The translations under genes were made by a program, and so were the position numbers. DNA of 64,000 nucleotides from Scyliorhinus canicula (Eukaryota), in contig NC_052149.1 in assembly GCF_902713615.1 (NCBI RefSeq), forward strand, positions 126,049,256 through 126,113,255. The letters run 5' to 3'. Below, in pieces: positions 35,801 through 46,576 of the stretch. The notes below the pieces were generated by a model. It was not told the origin of the DNA. It was given only the letters and a program-made list of their open reading frames with translations, and searched no databases. Each line of letters begins with the position of its first letter. Within the stretch, counting starts at the first letter, position 1.

Positions 35801-37431
35801 GCGCTAACAAATCTCCCCCCCAGGATATTGGTGCCCCTCAGGTTCAGATGTAGACCATCCTGTCTATAGAGGTCCCACCTTCCCCAGAAAGAGCCCCAGT
35901 TATCCAGAAATCTGAATCCCTCCCGCCTGCACCATCCCTGTAGCCACGTGTTTAATTGCTCTCTCTCCCTATTCCTCATCTCACTATCACGTGGCACGGG
36001 CAACAACCCAGAGATAACAACTCTGTTTGTTCTCGCTCTGAGCTTCCATCCTAGCTCCCTAAAGGCCTGCCTGACATCCTTGTCCCCTTTCCTACCTATG
36101 TCGTTAGTGCCAATGTGGACTACGACTTGGGGCTGCTCCCCTCCCCCTTAAGGACCCGGAAAACACGATCCGAGACATCACGTACCCTTGCACCTGGGAG
36201 GCAACATACCAAACGTGAGTCTCTCTCGCTCCCACAAAATCTCTTATCTGTGCTCCTGACTATTGAGTCCCCAATTACTAATGTTCTACTCCTTTCCCCC
36301 CTTCCCTTCTGAGCAACAGGGACAGACTCCGTGCCAGAGGCCCGTACCCCATGGCTTACCCCTGGTAAGTCGTCCCCCCCCACAAGTATCCAAAACGGTA
36401 TACTTGTTACTCAGGGGAACGACCGCAGGGGGTCCCTGCACTGACTGCTTCTTCCCAGTCCCTCTTACAGTTACCCATCTATCTCCAGTCTTTGGTGTAA
36501 CTACTTCCCTGAAGCTCCTATCTATGACCCCCTCTGCCTCCCGAATGATCCGAAGTTCATCCAGCTCAAGCTCCAGGTCCCTAACACGGTTTTTGAGGAG
36601 CTGGAGTTGGGTGCACTTCCCACAGATGAAATCAGCAGGGACACTGACGGCGTCCCTCACCTCAAACATTCTGCAGGAGGAGCATTGTACTGCCTTCCCT
36701 GACATCACCTCTAGATTTAAAAAAAACAAGAAAAAGAAAAAGAAAGGAAGAGCTACCTGATATTACCTCAAACCCTGCTCCCGCTTAAAGGTAAGCAAAT
36801 TTAAAGGCACTCACTCACCTTCACGACAGGCCCCTGCTCCCGCTTCCCAACCACCGTGGGGTGGGGGGGTTGGTTAGAGGAGGAGGTAGAGTGGGAAACA
36901 CTCACAAAGTGTTTCCGGTTTAACTGTCACTTGCCAACAGCCCCTCCACAAACCACCTTCAACTTAGGCTGACCGCACTGCACGTATGCAAATTTCCCCA
37001 GAACAGCTGATCAGTAGCTCTGCTCTGCTGCCCTCTGCTGGATGCTTGCCTTCACTCAAACTCCTTGGGTCTCCTTCGCAGGTTCACCTTCAACTTAGGC
37101 TGACCGCACTGCACGTATGCAAATTTCCCCAGAAGAGCTGATCAGTAGCTCTGCTCTGCTGCCCTCTGCTGGATGCTTGCCTTCACTCAAACTCCTTGGG
37201 TCTCCTTCGCAGGTTCACCTTCAACTTAGGCTGACCGCACTGCACGTATGCAAATTTCCCCAGAACAGCTGATCAGTAGCTCTGCTCTGCTGCCCTCTGC
37301 TGGATGCTTGCCTTCACTCAAACTCCTTGGGTCTCCTTCGCAGGTTCACCTTCAACTTAGGCTGACCGCACTGCACGTATGCAAATTTCCCCAGAACAGC
37401 TGATCAGTAGCTCTGCTCTGCTGCCCTCTGC
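32808..37431 (-). mobile_element. Full-length CR1 LINE, frameshifted
   Basis: ORF1 zinc finger/zipper (CSSC..CGKC) and SGNH esterase (GDSIVR, DGLH); ORF2 FNARSI, GDFN, FADDTK; (GTTCTAT)n tail; tandem 5' UTR. Confidence 0.94.
36950..37431 (-). repeat. 131-bp tandem repeat (about 3.7 copies) in the CR1 5' UTR
   Basis: ATGCAAAT at 36986, 37117, 37248, 37379. Confidence 0.93.
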
Positions 37432-37560
37432 ATGTTATAACAATCTGGAATCTCTGAGTTTCCAAGATTCAAATCAGAAAAGAGACTGAAAGTTGCTGGG
37501 ATTAAATCATCACAATCACAATTCTCCAACCCATATTCCCCACCTCCCCCTTCTCCCATA

Positions 37561-37815
37561 TTCTCCCTGTGTCTGTGTGGGTTTTCTTTGGGTGCTCCGG
37601 TTCCCCCACAGTCCAAAGATGTGCAGGTTAGGTGGATTGTTCATGCTAAATTGCCCTCAGTGTCCAAAAAGGTTAGGTGGGGTTACTGGGTTACGAGGAT
37701 AGGGTAGAGGCATGAGCTTGGGTGGGGTGCTCTTTCCAAGGGCCGGTGCGCACTCGATGGGCTGAATGGCCTCCTTCTGCATTGTAAATTCTATGAATTC
37801 AATGAAGTCTATGAA
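37561..37815 (+). mobile_element. 5'-truncated SINE
   Basis: V-type core and TTCTATGA tail; absent from the paralogous flank. Confidence 0.7.
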
Positions 37816-38599
37816 TTGTATATGGCCTTAACTCCTCACGTGGTATCACTACTCCCAGTGTTTCAATCACAGATAAGACCATCTCTGATCACTTCCTTAT
37901 ATCACTCCCCACCCACATCCCCCTTTCACACCCCAACCCTACCCCTTTCTGTATCCATCCCTGGAAAAACCTATTCCCCAATTCACTTCCAACGGCACCT
38001 TCAAAATGCCAACTATCTGTCTCTGGCCCTCCGATCACCACAACATTTCTGCAGCGACTGATTTACTCAGGGAGCAATGTGACTGGGAATGAACAGGCTC
38101 CTGTTTTGGGAGTGTTTAGTGGGGTGTTTCCCGGAGCCTGCAGTGCTGAATATGATCCCGTTATTAACCAGGATTCTGGGATATTTGGGCCTTGGTGAGG
38201 AAGGAGCCTCCGAGGCCGCACTGACATCCACTTACTGCGAGCTGAGCCCGTCAGTGCAGGGAGAGATCAGGGGGTGATCTTTAAATGCTGCCCCCATCCC
38301 TCAACTCCCACTGTGGCCTCCGGATTCCCCAAATTACCGATTAGGGGGTTCTCGACCCACCCCCATCCACCCGGCAAAGGCAGGGAACGCACGGGGCCTG
38401 ATCCCAGGCTCGGACAACCTGCTACCCGGGCAGCATGGCAGTGCCAGCCTGACACCCTGGCAGTGCTCATGCCATACTGGTCGTGCCCCATGGACATCTT
38501 GGCAGGTCCAGTGTGGCATTGCCAGGGTGACCAGATGGCATTTCCAGAGTCACCAGGTGGCACTGCCAGCGTGCCAGGCTAGCACTGCTAAGCTGTCTC

Positions 38600-39130
38600 C
38601 AACACCCTCCCACCATCCCAGAGATACTCACCTCAGCGGGGCACCTTCGGTTTGTGTAGATCGGCCTGTCATCTGCAAATGTTCGTAGGAGGACATGCAC
38701 CCCGTTGATCTCTCCTTGACCCGGGGTATCCCGGCGATGTATCGTGGTGGGCACGGGCCACATTGAAATGGATATATTGTGGCTTCTGGGGATATAGGGC
38801 CTCCGTGACAGCGCGGATGCACCTTTGCACCGAGCTCTGTGAGATCCCAGACTGGATCCCACTCGTGCCTGGAAGGACACCATGGCGTAAAGGTACAGGG
38901 CGACCGTCACCTTGACGACAACTGGGAGCGTGTGTCCTCTCCTATTGATGGTGCCTGGAGCACCATGATCTGGCAGAAATTCCGCACTGTCCCCTGATCA
39001 GCCGGAGCCTTCGACAGCATGCCTGGTCCGGCATGTCCTCGAATGTCAGGTGCTGCCGGTACACATGAGGCCCCATGTGGCACCTCCTTTGCACCTCCTC
39101 CTCCTCCTCCTCCTCCTCGGCCTGTTGTGT
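38600..39130 (-). pseudogene. Harbinger transposase N-terminal remnant within a Harbinger element (about 38070-41080)
   Basis: VYRQHLTFEDMPDQACCRRLRL, VKVTVAL, GEINGVHV (IDG.H-like); right TIR GAGAAACCCGCCC near 41080. Confidence 0.65.
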
Positions 39131-39414
39131 GGCCAGCACTCCATCCTTGGGTTTGGATTTGTTTTATTGTCACGTGTACCGAGGTACAGTGAAACGTATT
39201 GTTCTGCGCGCAGTCCAGACAGATCATTCCATACATGAAAAATAACATAGGACATACATAAATACACAATGTAAATACATAGCCACAAGCATCGAGTGAA
39301 GCATACAGGAGTGTAGTACTACTCATTAGAGAAGATTTGTGAAGAGATCAGATCAGTCCATAAGAGGGTCATTCAGGAGTCGGGTAACAGTGGGGAAGAA
39401 GCTGTTTTTGAACC

Positions 39415-39629
39415 CAGTAAGAAGTCTTACAACACCAGGTTAAAGTCCAACAGGTTTGTTTCAAATCACTAGCTTTCAGAGCACTGCTCCTTCCTCAGGT
39501 GATTCACTTGAGGAAGGAGCAGTGCTCCAAAAGCTAGTGATTCAAAACAAACCTGTTGGACTTTAACCTGGTGTTGGAAGACTTCTTACTGTGCTCACCC
39601 CAGTCCAACGCCGGCATTTCCACATCATG
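39415..39629. mobile_element. Penelope-type palindromic element with hammerhead motifs
   Basis: 88-bp inverted arms centred on 39503, 38-bp tail, 11-bp TSD GTTTTTGAACC. Confidence 0.8.
39464..39504 (-). ncRNA. Minimal type I hammerhead ribozyme
   Basis: AAUCAC-CUGAGGA-A-GGAGC(AGU)GCUCU-GAAA-GCUA-GUGAUU: 6-bp stem I, intact core, stem II, palindromic AGCU stem III. Confidence 0.72.
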
Positions 39630-40142
39630 GTTTTTGAACCTGTTAGTGCGTGTTCTCAGACTTTTGTATCTCCTGGTCGATGGAAGAAGTGGAAAGAGTG
39701 AGTAAGCTGGGTGGGAGGGGTCTTTGATTATGCTGCCCGCTTTCCCAATGCAGTGGGAGGCGTAGACAGAGTCAGTGGATGGGAGGTGGGTTTGTGTGAT
39801 GGACTGGGCTGTGTTCATGACTCTGTAGATTCTTACGGTGTTGGGCCGAGCAGTTGCCACACCAGGCTGTGATGCTGCCAGATAGGATGCTTACTATGGT
39901 GCCTCTGTAAAAATTGGGAAGAGTTAATGTGGATATGCCAAATTTCCTTTGTTTCCTGAGAAAGTATAGGCACTGTTGTGCTTTCTTGGTCACAGCCTCG
40001 ACATTGGTGGACAAGGACAGCTTATTGGTGATGTGCACACCTAGGAATTTGAAACTGTTAACCATCTCGGCACCATCTCCACCTCTACACCATTGATGCA
40101 GACAGGGGTGTGTATGATACTGCGCTTCCTGAAGTCAATGAC

Positions 40143-40442
40143 TGATGGAACCATCAATTCACCAGACACGTGTTTCCGATATGAATCTAGGCTTTAATCA
40201 ACTTACTTCAGAGCCAGCCTGTTACCCGTTGATGAACTCTTAGTGAACTCAGGCTGACTCTGGACAAGGGTATTTATACAGCTGCACTAGGGGGAGGAGT
40301 CATGGGCGGAGCCAAGGGTTGAGCCCAGTACAAGTTCCTGAGTACTCCCAGCGCTACTCCTCCTAGTGGTAGGATAGCGCTAATGCGCTTACAAAGACAG
40401 TGTGAATTAACATATATACATATATATATTACATTCACCACA
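40143..40442 (-). mobile_element. Solo LTR (300 bp) inside Rex1
   Basis: TG..CA, TSD ATGAC/ATAAC, TATAAAT and ATTAAA on the minus strand. Confidence 0.78.
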
Positions 40443-42097
40443 ATAACCAACTCTTCAGTTTCGCTGACATTGAGGGAGAGATTGTTGTCATTGCACCAGT
40501 CCACGAGGTTCTCTATCTCCCTCCTGTACTCTGAGTCATCGTTGTTGAAGATCCGACCCACTATGGTTGTGTCATCAGCAAACCTGGACATGGAGTTGGA
40601 GCCAAACTTTGCCACGCAGTCGTGTGTGTATAGGAAGTATAGTAGGGGGCTAGGTAGGCAGCTTTAGAGGGCCCAGGTATTGAGGACAATCGTGCAGCCC
40701 CCCCCCCCCCCCCTCCACCAGCAGTAGAACCGGCATCGAAGAGGTGGTGCCCCTCCGGGTCCGAACCCCTCTCTCTCCCTCATCAGCCACGGCGCCTGTT
40801 TCACGATTGTTAAAAGCACAAGTGAACCTCGCCGTCAGGAACTCCCCCCGATGGAGGCGGAGAATCGCGGAGTCCTGGAGAATACCGGGTCAGGCACGCT
40901 GATATGCCAATGCCATTTTCTCTAAGTGAGGAATGGAACACAATGACGCTGCTGTTGAGGCACCTGGAGAATTGCCATTTTGTGTGAAACCGGCGCGCGC
41001 CACAATTTCAGAGTCAAAACTGATTCCCCACCGAATTGCATTTCGCGATTTTGGTGTTGGCCGACAGAGAAACCCGCCCAACATCTGTCCTTCCTGCAGT
41101 AACTGACTGCTTAACTAATAATGCAATGCCTCCTCCTCATTTACCCCCACCCCTGTCTCGCCTGAAGATTTTATATCAGCTGCCAATCCTGCCCCTCCCT
41201 CAACCACATCTCCGTGATGGCAACTATATCACAATTCCACGGGCTGGATTCTCCGCCGGCGGATGCTTCATTTTGCCGGCAGCCCGGAGGTTTCCCAACG
41301 GTGTGGGGCTGCCCACAATGGGAAACCCCATTGTTTAGCTGGCGTAACGGAGCATCCAGCCAGTGGGGTGAAACAGAAATCTGGGGCGGGATTCTCCAAC
41401 CCCCGCCGGGTCGGAGAATCGCCGGGGGGGGGGGGGAGGCAGCGTGAATCCTGCCCCCGCCAGAATTCTCTGGCACCGGAGATTCGGCGGGGGCAGGAAT
41501 CGTGCCGCGCCGCTCGGTGGGACCCCCCCCTGGCCTGCGATGGGCCGAAGTCCTGTTGGTTCTATGCCAGTCCCGTTGACGTAGATCAGACTAGGTCAAA
41601 CCACAAGGATGTTAGTCCCTCAGTGGTTGAGATGTCGACTGTCCCGCTTGCACAGGTCCCACTTTCACCACAAATGGTCCCAGTGATCTAGGAATTTACA
41701 CCCCTCCCTCCTGCACCAGCTGTTAAACCACACGTTGATCTGCATTATTCTCCTATTTCTGTGCTCACTCGCACCTGGCACTGGGAGTAATCCAGAGATT
41801 ACAATAATAATAATAATAATCTTTATTGTCACAAGTAGGCTTACATTAACACAGCAATGAAGTTACTGTGAAAATCCCCGAGTCGCCACATTCTGGTGCC
41901 TGTTTGGGTACACTGAGGGAGAATTCAGAATGTCCAAATCGCCTAACAACACATCTGTCGGGACTTGTGGGAGGAAACCGGAGCATCCGGAGGAAGCTCA
42001 TGCAGACACAGGGAGAACGTGCAGACTCCACACAGACAGTGACCCAAGCCAGGAATCGAACCTGGGACCCTGGAGCTGTGAAGCACGCAGTGCTACC

Positions 42098-45000
42098 TGT
42101 GTTGTTCCTCGTGTCTTAATAAAGCTCGCAGTCTCAAGTGTGGAGAAGATGCTTTATTGTGGGTTCGTTCAGTTTCCAGAGCTCGACCTAGAACTACCTT
42201 CCAGTGCTAACTCCCAGCTTTGCTTGTTCTGTGTGTCCTGCTTACCAGCCCCTGCTGTGAAGAGTGTGTCCTCACTTCCTGTCCTGATGTATTTATATGG
42301 CTCTCCCGTGCTCCCTCTAGTGGTCGCTCAGTTGTGTTGCATCTGGTTAACTTGTGATCACCACATCCCCCTTTTTCTCTTAAGATATTTTCTGAACATC
42401 GTTAAAGAAAATTGTATATCCTGTCCCAGTGTATTTATAGCTCTCCCGCTCGTGTTTGCTCTGTTGTTTTTTTTTTTAATCTGGTCAATCTACGATCACC
42501 ACATCCCCCTCTTTCTCATTACATAGTTTCTGTACATCATTAAGGAAAATTATACAAAACAGTAACTTATGATATGCGTATCTATACAAGTGATGATGCT
42601 ATTGCCTTAGTTAACAAAGCCAATGTATTTATATGTCCAAACTTAATAAACACATTTATGAGTCCAAACTTGATGAATTTGTTCAGAGCTTTTTTTTTTT
42701 TTCTTTTTGTTGTTGATGACGTGGTGATATTGATATTGCAAGTCCGCTGTGAATGTTGTTGGTGTTCCTTGTTATCTTAAGTACCCAATGCGTCATCCCG
42801 AGGTGTTTGCATGGTCACATCACTGATGTTGACTGGCATGGACTTTTTTCTGTGCTTGTGGTGTTGATTTATTGTCTCATCCGCCTTGGATGCTGGTGTG
42901 CTTTGCCATTGTGTACAAGTCGTTGTTTCATTGCTGTTGTTTCTGTCGTTCCTGTTTTTGTTGTTTCCGTTGCCGTACTTGTCGCTGTTTTTGTCGTTTC
43001 CGTCTTTGTTGTTGTCGCTATCTTTGCTCCTGACTTTGTTGTGTTTGTTGCCATTCTTGTTGTTTCTGTCTCTGTCGTTGTCGCTATCTTTGTTCCTGAC
43101 TTTGTTGTGTTTGTTGCCATTCTTGTTGTTTCTGCCTCTGTCGTTGTCGCTATCTTTGTGCCTGACGTTGTTGTTTGTCTTGTTGCGCTTCATGTTGCTT
43201 TTATTCTTGCTGTTGTCGTTCTCGTTTCTGCTGTGCTTCTTGCTATTGTTGTTTGTCTTGTCGCGCTTCATGTTGCTTTTCTTCTTGCTGTTGTCATTCT
43301 CGTTTCTGCTGTGCTTCTTGCTATTGTTGTTGGTCTTGTCGCGCTTCATGTTGCTTTTCTTCTTGCTGTTGTCGTTCTCGTTTCTGCTGTGCTTCTTGCT
43401 ATTGTTGTTGGTCTTGTCGCGCTTCATGTTGTTTTTGTTCTTGCTGTGTTTCTTTTGACTTTTGTTTTTCTTGTTATACTCTATGAGTGTCCCGAGTGGA
43501 TAATTTGAGTCATTGAGCATTCCGTCTCGCGAGTGGTGCGAATGATCTGATGTGCAGGTGCAGGTGACATCAATCAGTTGTGGAGAATTGGATTCCGCAT
43601 CTTTGCTTTCTTGGTGCTCGTCTTCTGGAGTCAAAGTCTTCTCGATTACATTTGACGCGGTGTCTGTGGACTCTCGGCGCTCCTCTTCTGGAGTCCAAAT
43701 CTGCATGATTTCAGTTGACGTGGTTTCTCTAGACTCTTGGTGCTCCGCTTCTGGAGTTAAAATCTTCATGATTTCTGTTGATGTTATCTCACTGGACTCC
43801 AGGTGCTCCTCTTCTGGAGTCAAAATCTGCATGTTTTCTTTCTGTTTGATGTCTCTGGACTCCAGGTGCTCCTCTTCTGGAGTCAGAATCTGCATGGTTT
43901 CTTTCGGCATTGTCTCTGTGGACTCCAGGTGCTCCTCTTCTGGAGTCAAAATCTGCATGTTTTCTTTTGGCATTGTCTCTCTGGGCTCCAGGTGCTCCTC
44001 TTCTGGAGTCAAAATCTGCATGTTTTCTTTCGGCATCGTCTCTCTGGACTGTTGGGTGGCCCGACTCTGTGCTTCTGTACAGACAAGCTGAGAACTGTCA
44101 GTCTCACTGTGATCCTGTACGTCGAGTGCGAGCACCTTGTCACTGTTTTCGCTCTGTGCTTCGGTACAGACAAGCTGAGAACTGTCAGTCTCACTGTGAT
44201 CCTGTACGTTGAGTGTGATCACCTTGTCACTGTCTTCGCATGCAGTGGGCAGAGGTGCATTGTCTTCTTCTTGTTCCTGTGAGCGTGTTGGACTTTCATA
44301 GTCGGCTCTTTCTTCTTGTTCCTGTGAGCGTGTTGGACTTTCATAGTCCGCTCTTTCTTCTTGTTCCTGTGAGCTTGGTAGACTTTCATAGTCTGCTTGC
44401 GGTTGCTCAGGTACAGCGGGTTTACCTTCATGGTCTTGTTCATGCTTGGTGTCCGCCCGGGAGTGTTTGCTTGCATCCCTGTTGGCGTCTTTCATCACTC
44501 GCACTGTGGAGCCTGTCATCGCTCGCTCCGTGGAGTCTTCCTGTGCTCTCTGTGTGGCGTCGTCTTGGTCTTGGGTATTGCTGTCATCCAATGTATCGAC
44601 GAGCTGCCATGGCACCATGGTGTTGGATTCATCCACCATGAGTAGAGTGGTGTTGAGCTTTGCAACGGTGTCGCTGATGCTGTGATCAGCATGTCCAAAT
44701 AACTCCTCCATGTCTGAGTAGTATTCTTTGAAACCCATTTCATCTTCGTTGGCTTCTTCTACCACGAGTTGATTCATGTTGAACTTTGCGACCGTGTCGC
44801 TGATGCTGTGATAAGCATATCCGACTGACTCAGCCATGTCTGAGTAGTATTCTCCGAAAACCAAATCATCCTGGTTGGATTCTTCTACCACGAGTTGATT
44901 CGTGTTGAACTTTGCGACCGTGTCGCTGATGCTGTGATAAGCATATCCGACTGACTCAGCCATGTCTGAGTAGTATTCTTTGAAAACCAAATCATCTTGG

Positions 45001-46576
45001 TTGGATTCATCTACCACGAGTTGGTTCGTGTTGTGCTTTGCGACCGTGTCGCTGATGCTGTGATAAGCATATCCGACTGACCCAGTCAGGTCTGAGAGGT
45101 AATCGTCGAATAACAAATCATCTTTTGTTGTTTCGGAATTCTTTTTGTTCGCTTCACTGTGTGTGGTGAAGGCAGCTTTTTCCAAGGTTTTGTGCAAGTT
45201 GTTTTTCACTGTTGGTTTAAGTTCAGGCATTTTTCTGTGTTCTGAGGCAAGAAAATTTGGTTTTACCACTTTAAGTGTCTTGTTTTCAATTTTCGGGCAT
45301 TTCCCTTTTAAGTGGGCGTGGTCAGGATTCTCAGACGTCATGACGTCACGCGTTGGAACGACTTGCACATGCGCAAATCGGCTTTCTTTCCTTGTGCGGT
45401 TCGGTGTCCATTGCGCATGCGCGGCTTGCGCATGCGCATGACGGTCCGCGACGAAGACTTTTTTTGACTGCGCATGCGCGGCTTGCGCATGCGCATGACG
45501 GTCCGCGACGAAGACTTTTTTTGACTGCGCATGCGCGGCTTGCGCATGCGCATAACGATCGGCGCCGCGATCTTTTGTAAACTGCGCATGCGCGACTTCC
45601 GGTTCCGGCGCATGCGCGACTTCCGGTTCCGGCGCATGCGCGACTTCCGGTTCCGGCGCATGCGCAGACGCGATTTGTAGTTCTTTGTTTACCATAGACT
45701 GCAAAATGTGCTCCAACGCCATTTTATCGCGGATTTCAGCGTTTTTTCTTTCTAAAAGTTGTAGGTTACCTTTTCTTTCCGATCTGGACTGGATTTCAGC
45801 GTTTTGGCTTTGTGAAAAATTCCTGTTATTTCTTCTTTTTGATCTGTACTGTGCATTCGCGATTTCCTGATCTTTTTGTGATTTTTTAAGTTTTGCATCA
45901 CTCAGTCTCTGTGCAGTTTGGACTGTGAGCATGCCTTGCTGTTCAAATTTCTCACAGTACTCTTCAAATTTGTTTAGTAACGTTTGTAAGCTGTTCCTGT
46001 CTTCACCTTTTGAGTATTTAAATCCATTATACACTTTCCTATTGACAGGCCCTTCGATGAGAATTGCTATTTTAATTTTGTCTGAGGCTTCTGCAACATC
46101 ATTAGCTACATTACTTACATTACCAGTCGTGTCCAGCTGAGGTGGGTATCCATGCCACATCCTCGAATTAGCGATGTCTTCCCCAGTCGAATGTCCAGCA
46201 GGAGATCTCCATGCCATTCTTGGTTGAGATTTCCATGCCATTTTGTGCTTTCTGTATCTGCAGCTGAGTTGTCCTGTCGTAAGCGTCTGAAATCACTCCT
46301 AGGTACCATGTGTTGTTCCTCGTGTCTTAATAAAGCTCGCAGTCTCAAGTGTGGAGAAGATGCTTTATTGTGGGTTCGTTCAGTTTCCAGAGCTCGACCT
46401 AGAACTACCTTCCAGTGCTAACTCCCAGCTTTGCTTGTTCTGTGTGTCCTGCTTACCAGCCCCTGCTGTGAAGAGTGTGTCCTCACTTCCTGTCCTGATG
46501 TATTTATATGGCTCTCCCGTGCTCCCTCTAGTGGTCGCTCAGTTGTGTTGCATCTGGTTAACTTGTGATCACCACA
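42098..46576 (-). mobile_element. Young pol-less LTR retrotransposon (Gypsy-derived, non-autonomous)
   Basis: 268-bp LTRs 42098-42365 and 46309-46576 with no difference seen, perfect TSD CTACC, PBS TGGTACCTAGGAGTG (Leu-like), PPT AAAAGGGGGA. Confidence 0.94.
42777..46241 (-). CDS. 1154-aa gag-derived, tandem-repeat-rich protein of unknown function
   Basis: ATG 68 bp after the 5' LTR; N-terminus resembles a Gypsy gag start (PPQLDTTGN, ASDKIKIAIL, LLNKFEEYC); no protease, RT or integrase motifs. Confidence 0.7.
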   Translation of the reverse strand: MAWKSQPRMAWRSPAGHSTGEDIANSRMWHGYPPQLDTTGNVSNVANDVAEASDKIKIAILIEGPVNRKVYNGFKYSKGEDRNSLQTLLNKFEEYCEKFEQQGMLTVQTAQRLSDAKLKKSQKDQEIANAQYRSKRRNNRNFSQSQNAEIQSRSERKGNLQLLERKNAEIRDKMALEHILQSMVNKELQIASAHAPEPEVAHAPEPEVAHAPEPEVAHAQFTKDRGADRYAHAQAAHAQSKKVFVADRHAHAQAAHAQSKKVFVADRHAHAQAAHAQWTPNRTRKESRFAHVQVVPTRDVMTSENPDHAHLKGKCPKIENKTLKVVKPNFLASEHRKMPELKPTVKNNLHKTLEKAAFTTHSEANKKNSETTKDDLLFDDYLSDLTGSVGYAYHSISDTVAKHNTNQLVVDESNQDDLVFKEYYSDMAESVGYAYHSISDTVAKFNTNQLVVEESNQDDLVFGEYYSDMAESVGYAYHSISDTVAKFNMNQLVVEEANEDEMGFKEYYSDMEELFGHADHSISDTVAKLNTTLLMVDESNTMVPWQLVDTLDDSNTQDQDDATQRAQEDSTERAMTGSTVRVMKDANRDASKHSRADTKHEQDHEGKPAVPEQPQADYESLPSSQEQEERADYESPTRSQEQEERADYESPTRSQEQEEDNAPLPTACEDSDKVITLNVQDHSETDSSQLVCTEAQSENSDKVLALDVQDHSETDSSQLVCTEAQSRATQQSRETMPKENMQILTPEEEHLEPRETMPKENMQILTPEEEHLESTETMPKETMQILTPEEEHLESRDIKQKENMQILTPEEEHLESSEITSTEIMKILTPEAEHQESRETTSTEIMQIWTPEEERRESTDTASNVIEKTLTPEDEHQESKDAESNSPQLIDVTCTCTSDHSHHSRDGMLNDSNYPLGTLIEYNKKNKSQKKHSKNKNNMKRDKTNNNSKKHSRNENDNSKKKSNMKRDKTNNNSKKHSRNENDNSKKKSNMKRDKTNNNSKKHSRNENDNSKNKSNMKRNKTNNNVRHKDSDNDRGRNNKNGNKHNKVRNKDSDNDRDRNNKNGNKHNKVRSKDSDNNKDGNDKNSDKYGNGNNKNRNDRNNSNETTTCTQWQSTPASKADETINQHHKHRKKSMPVNISDVTMQTPRDDALGT

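Larger units (their letters stand above)
32552..37442. mobile_element. Composite insertion: solo LTR (32552-32807 and 37432-37442) hosting a CR1
   Basis: Flanked by ATCTG repeats; absent from the paralogous flank near 60580, which reads straight through. Confidence 0.75.
39135..40690 (-). mobile_element. Rex1/Babar LINE 3' fragment
   Basis: RFADDTTIVG.I, FKFLGVHIT, KKAQQ.LYFLRK, ITAW.GNC motifs. Confidence 0.8.

Noticed and set aside
42869-43508. Hydrophobic 190-251 aa ORFs resembling membrane proteins
   Set aside because: Antisense or alternative frames of the N/K/D repeats of the 1154-aa ORF.
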